In this document: positions 58,779 through 64,000 of the stretch, one piece after another
Layout: the number at the start of each line of letters is the position of its first letter
How positions within the stretch are numbered: position 1 is the first letter of the stretch
NCBI GenBank assembly: GCA_045613445.1
Contig: JAZLAZ010000026.1
Location: 2,674-66,673, forward strand
DNA: 64,000 bases
Source: Candidatus Enterousia sp.
Lineage (GTDB): Bacteria > Pseudomonadota > Alphaproteobacteria > Rs-D84
Direction of reading: 5' to 3'
Program-made: the position numbers and the translations under genes
Notes under the pieces: model-generated
What the model saw: only the letters and a program-made list of their open reading frames with translations
What the model was told of the DNA's origin: nothing
The model's database searches: none

Positions 58779-59628
58779 ATTTTTGCTTATGTCTTGTTTG
58801 ATATATTTTCTCAACCATTGATGGTGTTTTTAAATTGGCTACTTTTTTCATCTGATTTTGCATTTCGGCGTCTGTTTGCTTTTTATCTTGGTACAGTTGA
58901 TGTATTTTATTTGTAATAATTCTACCTTGGTGTTTATTGTAAATTTTTCCAAACTCTGTTATTGCGATATTTGTCAAATGTTCCAATTGTTGTAATTTTT
59001 TTCTGTCGATTACATTTTGTGATTTGTCGACTGCGTCCAATAAATCATTGATATTATGCAATGTGTAATAAAAATTTTCGACCAGTTCATATTCTGTATA
59101 AACATCTTGTGGATTCAGATAATCAAAACAAGACATTGTTGCATCCAGTATATGCTGTTGTGTTTCAGTGATAAAGTCAAAGCGTTGATTGTTTAATACA
59201 GGAACTGATACAATACCATTGTCCAGGTATGATAATTTTTTACGCAATTGTTCCGGCATTTCTTCTTCTGATTTATATCGCGCAGCCGCATCCTGTGTAT
59301 TGCTGTATTCACGATGCCATTGTTTTGCAACAAATTCCAAAATTTCAGAAATTTTAGATATTGTTGGTATTTGTTTTTTTATTTCATGATACATCGATTG
59401 TTTTTGTAATTCGTCTTTATAGAAAACAATACTATCACGCAGCATTCTGTGTACTGCGATAATGCTGTCCAATCTTTGTTCTTCATTTGGAATTGTGACA
59501 GTGTTTAATTCAAATTTGATTTTTTCTTTCTCTTTTTTTTGTTTGTATTTCAAGCCCAGTGACGAACCTGTGGCCAGTAACAAGCAACCAGCAAAAACAA
59601 ATGCGTTTTTATATTTCATAGGATGCAT
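58777..59628 (-). CDS. membrane-anchored coiled-coil orphan protein ending HKQK
   Basis: N-terminal hydrophobic segment then a helical body; start may be 59619. Confidence 0.7.
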   Translation of the reverse strand: MHPMKYKNAFVFAGCLLLATGSSLGLKYKQKKEKEKIKFELNTVTIPNEEQRLDSIIAVHRMLRDSIVFYKDELQKQSMYHEIKKQIPTISKISEILEFVAKQWHREYSNTQDAAARYKSEEEMPEQLRKKLSYLDNGIVSVPVLNNQRFDFITETQQHILDATMSCFDYLNPQDVYTEYELVENFYYTLHNINDLLDAVDKSQNVIDRKKLQQLEHLTNIAITEFGKIYNKHQGRIITNKIHQLYQDKKQTDAEMQNQMKKVANLKTPSMVEKIYQTRHKQK

Positions 59629-59657
59629 AATATTACAATTGTCGTATCATGCAATAT

Positions 59658-61382
59658 TTATTTGATGAATTGTTTTATAATTCCTGTCAATTTTGTTGCA
59701 CCATTTTTATTCAAATGATGACAGTCGTTAAAGTCGTTTTTTTCAAAACGAGTATCATCAAAGAAATTCAACAGTGTTACTTGGCTATGCTTTTCTATAA
59801 AAGTATTCAATTCTTGGAATACAATTTTGTTTTCCGGTAAATATTGTCTGTAATCAGCCCGATAAGGAGGAACAACAACATAAACGTTATGATTGTTTTG
59901 CTTTGCTAATAATATCAATTTTTCCAGATATGCGATTTGATTGTTGTTGCGTTGATTGTGTTTCATATGTTTTTGTGCCGTATCCTGGATATAATTTGGA
60001 TTATCTTGGACATCAAACGCAGATTGCCCATAATAATCATCGATCACAGCTTGATATGTGTTAAAGTAATTTTTGCATAATTTTTCAAAATGTTTATACA
60101 TGCGCTTTAATTTGAAAGCGTATGGGATATTGTATAATTGTTTGTATACAATTGTTCTGTATGCTGTTGCGGTTTTTTCCAGTTGTAACCCTGGTGAAAA
60201 AACGCCAAAGAATATGATAATATTTTTCAGTGATTTAGAATTTTGTTGTGTGCACCATTTGTACAAGTGGTATGTTCTGTATAAATCCTGTGTCGAAGTG
60301 CCAAGGTTAAATTCAGAAATATTTTCTGGCAAAAAGTCATCGCGTGCAGTAGATGGGCCCAGTACTAATGTTTGAATTTTTGTTTGGTTTGCTATATACG
60401 CATGATGCTTTTTAATTTCAATGTCAAACACAGAAAGATCTGTTGAAAAGTTTTTACAGTAACTAAAAATCTTTTTGCCGCAAACATAAATACTGCGTTT
60501 GCCGTTATCAAAACGTTGTTTGCCAACCAGTTTGAATTTATAATCAAAAACCCGACGATAAACTTTTGGGTATTTGTTTTTCAAAATGTCCAGAAATTTG
60601 TTCAAATAAACTTCGTCATTTATAAATGTTAGTTCGTATTTTACACAACCTGCGAATACGGTATAGAACATTTTTTTATAAATATTAAATAATCGTTTTC
60701 CGCCCTTGTTCAGATTGCGTTGCAGTGCATCAAAAGCCATAAAAACATTTTTTGATTTTGTGCCGCGTTTTGAACTAATTTGATTTGGTACATTTGTGTT
60801 ATAGTGATAAAAACTGCGTTCTATCTTTACTACATCTTTTGCGTGTGCCAATGCTGTAAAAGTAAATGTTAAATCGTTACAAGATGTCAGATTTTCAAAT
60901 TCTATGTTATTATCTGTTATCAGTTTTCGTTTGTATAATTTTGTTGTGTCACCTGGATTGGTTATACCCAACGGAACAGGGTGTTTGTATTTGTGTATTT
61001 TATTTGTTTCTTTGGCGCCGTACAGGTTAAATATAACAATATCAGTATTGTGCGTGTTGGCTAAATCAATACATACCTCAAAAGTGTCTAAATCCAATGT
61101 GTCATCAGATGCCATGATATAAATATAATCACCAGTTGCATGTTTTATTCCGATGTTTCGTGCGGGGCCTGCGCCATTGTGACCGTGATTCAAGTATATA
61201 ACTCGTTTGTCATTATATGATTTTGCAACTTGTTCAATATGCTGTGATTCCGAACCGTCATCTACGATAATCAGTTCCAAATTGTTATATGTCTGATTTA
61301 ATATAGAATCAATCGCCTGTTTGAAAAATTTTTCTGGCGTATTATATGTTGGCATAATAACAGATATTTTTGGTGTATTCAT
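59658..61382 (-). CDS. family 2 glycosyltransferase fused to an SGNH-like C-terminal domain
   Basis: KISVIMPTYN, IIVDDGS, ARNIG; C-terminal LVLGPST..FNLG..QDL..VVPP..FNDCHHLN..GA. Confidence 0.8.
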   Translation of the reverse strand: MNTPKISVIMPTYNTPEKFFKQAIDSILNQTYNNLELIIVDDGSESQHIEQVAKSYNDKRVIYLNHGHNGAGPARNIGIKHATGDYIYIMASDDTLDLDTFEVCIDLANTHNTDIVIFNLYGAKETNKIHKYKHPVPLGITNPGDTTKLYKRKLITDNNIEFENLTSCNDLTFTFTALAHAKDVVKIERSFYHYNTNVPNQISSKRGTKSKNVFMAFDALQRNLNKGGKRLFNIYKKMFYTVFAGCVKYELTFINDEVYLNKFLDILKNKYPKVYRRVFDYKFKLVGKQRFDNGKRSIYVCGKKIFSYCKNFSTDLSVFDIEIKKHHAYIANQTKIQTLVLGPSTARDDFLPENISEFNLGTSTQDLYRTYHLYKWCTQQNSKSLKNIIIFFGVFSPGLQLEKTATAYRTIVYKQLYNIPYAFKLKRMYKHFEKLCKNYFNTYQAVIDDYYGQSAFDVQDNPNYIQDTAQKHMKHNQRNNNQIAYLEKLILLAKQNNHNVYVVVPPYRADYRQYLPENKIVFQELNTFIEKHSQVTLLNFFDDTRFEKNDFNDCHHLNKNGATKLTGIIKQFIK

Positions 61383-61502
61383 GATGCACTCTTTATTTAT
61401 TGGCTACCTAGGATTTATATCATATTGTAATTCAAGTTTCCATTGATAAATTTATTTGAATAAATTCCTGATTTTGATTAAAATAAACAAAAGGAAAGAT
61501 GC

Positions 61503-62435
61503 ATGGCGATAACATATAACAGCACCAGAACAGATATTACCGTATGTACAATGTTGTTTAAAATGCCAGATTCTGGGCATTTGGCAGCGTTAAAGGGTGG
61601 TAATCGTAAATTTGATGAATTTTATTTGGCCTCGTTAAAGAAGTTGTGTGAAACATTTCCGTCTGTGGCATTGTGGTGTGATGAATATACTGCAAACTTC
61701 TTAAAAGAAAATGGACTGTCGGAACGTGTAAATATGCGTGTTATGGAATTGTCCGATTTGCCACATTGGTCAGAACGCGAATCTTTTCGTCAGATTATGT
61801 ATTCTATGAAAGATTATGTTGGGTATTTTTTGCATCGTCGTTCGCCTGATGCGTGGGTGGATTATTTGCCGATGATGTTTGCAAAGCCTGCGATAATAGA
61901 TTGGGCGGCAAAAAATAATAAATTTAACAGTGATTATTTTATGTGGATTGATGGTGGCGCATTCAGTCCTGTGTATGCGAAATCGCCATTGTGGTATGGT
62001 TGGACTGGTGATATTGACGCGCATCCAACGCGGGTTCGTATGTCGATTGCAAAAACACTTGGTAAATCCAGACCGCATTATGTGCCAAGATTTGTATATA
62101 ATTTATATAAGTGTTTATTCGGTAAGCCTATTTTACCTGCAACTGCTGCAACATTGGCAAAGCAAAGTTTGAAAGATATCGCGATGGTAAATGCAGATTA
62201 TGATGTGCCTGGTGGTTGCTTTATTGTGCCCACAGATTTATGTCATGATTTTTATGCTGCATTTGAACGGACGCGTAAAATTATGAAGAAGCATAATTTG
62301 GTATGTGTTGACCAGGGTATGTTTCAGGCAATGATGAAGCTGGATACAGAAAATATGTTTGAATTAAAATATATATCAGGATATCGCGGTTTGTATTCGA
62401 TAATCGCAAATGGTAAACCTGATATTTTACTGTAA
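61503..62435 (+). CDS. HtrL/WlaTC-like putative glycosyltransferase
   Basis: ITVCTMLF, Y..MMFAK, N.FNSDYFMWIDGG, GGCF, DQGM motifs. Confidence 0.75.
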   Translation: MAITYNSTRTDITVCTMLFKMPDSGHLAALKGGNRKFDEFYLASLKKLCETFPSVALWCDEYTANFLKENGLSERVNMRVMELSDLPHWSERESFRQIMYSMKDYVGYFLHRRSPDAWVDYLPMMFAKPAIIDWAAKNNKFNSDYFMWIDGGAFSPVYAKSPLWYGWTGDIDAHPTRVRMSIAKTLGKSRPHYVPRFVYNLYKCLFGKPILPATAATLAKQSLKDIAMVNADYDVPGGCFIVPTDLCHDFYAAFERTRKIMKKHNLVCVDQGMFQAMMKLDTENMFELKYISGYRGLYSIIANGKPDILL

Positions 62436-62437
62436 TC

Positions 62438-62713
62438 CTATTGTGTGTTATCGGATTTTTTTGTGATAATCATGTACAGGATGATTCCACTGAATATCAA
62501 TGTGATAACATCACATATAATCATTTGAATAGATTTCAAATATATGCCATATAGAATCCAAAATACCAATCCGGTACAATAAATTAAATACATATACAAT
62601 GACAATCCAGAAACATTTTTTGTTCGAATAGATTTAATTGCCTGTGGTATAAACGAAATCATCGTGCAAATGCCACATATGTAACCAAATGTTTCGCCAA
62701 TAATTGGATTCAT
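62438..62713 (-). CDS. SemiSWEET (PQ-loop) sugar transporter
   Basis: G.I.G.CT.ISFIPQAIKS..TK...GLS..MY.....G...W..YG; start MNPII at 62713. Confidence 0.88.
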   Translation of the reverse strand: MNPIIGETFGYICGICTMISFIPQAIKSIRTKNVSGLSLYMYLIYCTGLVFWILYGIYLKSIQMIICDVITLIFSGIILYMIITKKSDNTQ

Positions 62714-62748
62714 GAATAAATTCCTTTGTTTTGAATAAAAAAAAGTGC

Positions 62749-63531
62749 TTATTTTACCTGTTGTGCCACGCCTTGCCAAAAAATAATCTGCTGTTCTGTT
62801 TCAAATAACGCAACTGGAAAATGATATGTTTTTTTCTCGCAATCATTATTTATTGTGCGTTTGACGACACCAAGTGTGTTGGCAATATTATGTAATTGAT
62901 TGATCTTGTGTAATATTTCTTGTTCTGTCATTTCTGTTTGGGATCCCAAATCAGACATATTATTTTGCTTGAATATTAAACGGTATACTTTGTTGATATC
63001 GTGATAGATAATTTTGTTATTGTTGTCGCGCATAAACCATTTGTATTTACTTTCGTCGGTCACGGGATTTTCTTTTGCTGTTTTAATGTATTTATCAAAA
63101 TTTCGTAAAATTTGTTCTGGGTTGATAAATTCAATATTTGCACGACGGTTATTGATTGCAACTATATTGGTTTTCAAATCAGATTCTTTGATATACTTAG
63201 GACGTGAAGCGTCATAAAAAGTTTTTATTGATTCCATTGTGCAATCTGGAATTTCCAGCCAAGAATATTGTTCGGATAGTGTATATGGTACAGATGACAA
63301 ATTGATTGCCAATGGATGCGGTAAAACAAAATCTACTTCTTCCCAGTTTTTTATTGCATATACCCCAGGGCAGGTTGTGTATATCAGTTTATTACCCTCT
63401 TGGGTTAAGAACATACATTCTGTGTATCTGAATTGATTGCGATCGTATTTTGATTTGTATTTTATGTTTACATGATTTGCAACAGATTTATGTTTTGATA
63501 AAAATTCAGAATTCAGTGGGATTTTTAACAT
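62749..63531 (-). CDS. orphan hypothetical protein ending QQVK
   Basis: CAGGAA SD before ATG 63531 and TGC-TATAAT upstream; the ORF track extends it to 63642. Confidence 0.65.
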   Translation of the reverse strand: MLKIPLNSEFLSKHKSVANHVNIKYKSKYDRNQFRYTECMFLTQEGNKLIYTTCPGVYAIKNWEEVDFVLPHPLAINLSSVPYTLSEQYSWLEIPDCTMESIKTFYDASRPKYIKESDLKTNIVAINNRRANIEFINPEQILRNFDKYIKTAKENPVTDESKYKWFMRDNNNKIIYHDINKVYRLIFKQNNMSDLGSQTEMTEQEILHKINQLHNIANTLGVVKRTINNDCEKKTYHFPVALFETEQQIIFWQGVAQQVK

Positions 63532-63642
63532 TATATGTTCCTGTTTTGTGTTTGTGTACAAGTTCTCTCCCGCTGATGGCATGCTATAATATGCATAATA
63601 TAAAATCAACAGAATTTTCAATTTTATAGCAAGTGGTATCAT

Positions 63643-63667
63643 AAAAAAACCGGCAACAGCCGGCTTT
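63643..63667 (-). terminator. intrinsic terminator
   Basis: CCGGC-AACA-GCCGG with an A run on the plus strand. Confidence 0.65.
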
Positions 63668-63702
63668 ATTTGATATGTGTGGTATTACAATATTAGAATT
63701 GA

Positions 63703-63999
63703 TTATCTTCCTTGTTGTTCCAACGCATCCAGCATACAATCGATAGCATCTGTTGCAGACTTGATGCCTTGTGCTGGTGTTTGATTTATATTACCTGTAA
63801 CCAATTGCAAGTTGCGCATCTGTTCAAGACGCGTTCTTGGTGCATTAAAGACTAATTTGTCTATCAATTTAGACTGCCCAGATATCATATTTGCCACAAT
63901 CTTAGCACCTTCATTAAATGCCTCTGATCTATTTTTTCCTTTTTCTTCAATAATGCTTTTCAGTCTATTTGCGCGTTTTTGTAATTCCTGTTGTGCGGC
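63703..63999 (-). CDS. partial orphan protein ending QQGR (5' end outside the window)
   Basis: Frame stays open from the stop at 63703 to the window edge. Confidence 0.6.
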   Translation of the reverse strand, partial: AAQQELQKRANRLKSIIEEKGKNRSEAFNEGAKIVANMISGQSKLIDKLVFNAPRTRLEQMRNLQLVTGNINQTPAQGIKSATDAIDCMLDALEQQGR

Positions 64000-64000
64000 A

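Noticed and set aside
1-64000. CRISPR array, prophage, IS element, rRNA or alternative genetic code
   Set aside because: No regularly spaced repeats, phage or transposase motifs, or rRNA-like tracts were seen; conserved proteins translate intact with the standard bacterial code and TGA is used as a stop.

Overview
AT-rich, gene-dense chromosomal window from a streamlined Gram-negative alphaproteobacterium (RpoH, DUF4167, lptF-lptD-surA, yfgM-bamB, skp). An uncultured gut lineage such as Rs-D84/RF32 is my inference, not a search result. Housekeeping genes (rlmN, rpsO, truB, mutS, xseB, ppdK, rpoH, rluD, dnaX, dnaQ, uvrD, mrcA, mraY, ftsW, murG, comF, rpmH, gyrA, tRNA-Val, tRNA-Glu) are interleaved with a set of envelope and contact genes: five adjacent divergent VirB6/TrbL-like membrane proteins, three tandem PilV-like minor pilins, a PilS-like pilin coupled to dnaX, and two very large Cys-rich exported proteins. 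Eight scattered orphan proteins end in Q-[KRQ]-x-[KR] or a close variant, a candidate secretion signal; three of them have an N-terminal membrane anchor and D-S-hydrophobic motifs. My leading hypothesis is a chromosomally domesticated attachment and effector-delivery system. Also seen: a perfect 43-bp direct repeat bracketing a two-gene islet after tRNA-Val, a dRS3/RPE-like palindromic doublet, a stereotyped terminator family, apparent leaderless promoters, and a compensated A19:U56 tertiary pair in tRNA-Val. No integrase, transposase, CRISPR array or rRNA was seen. All family calls come from motif recognition by eye.
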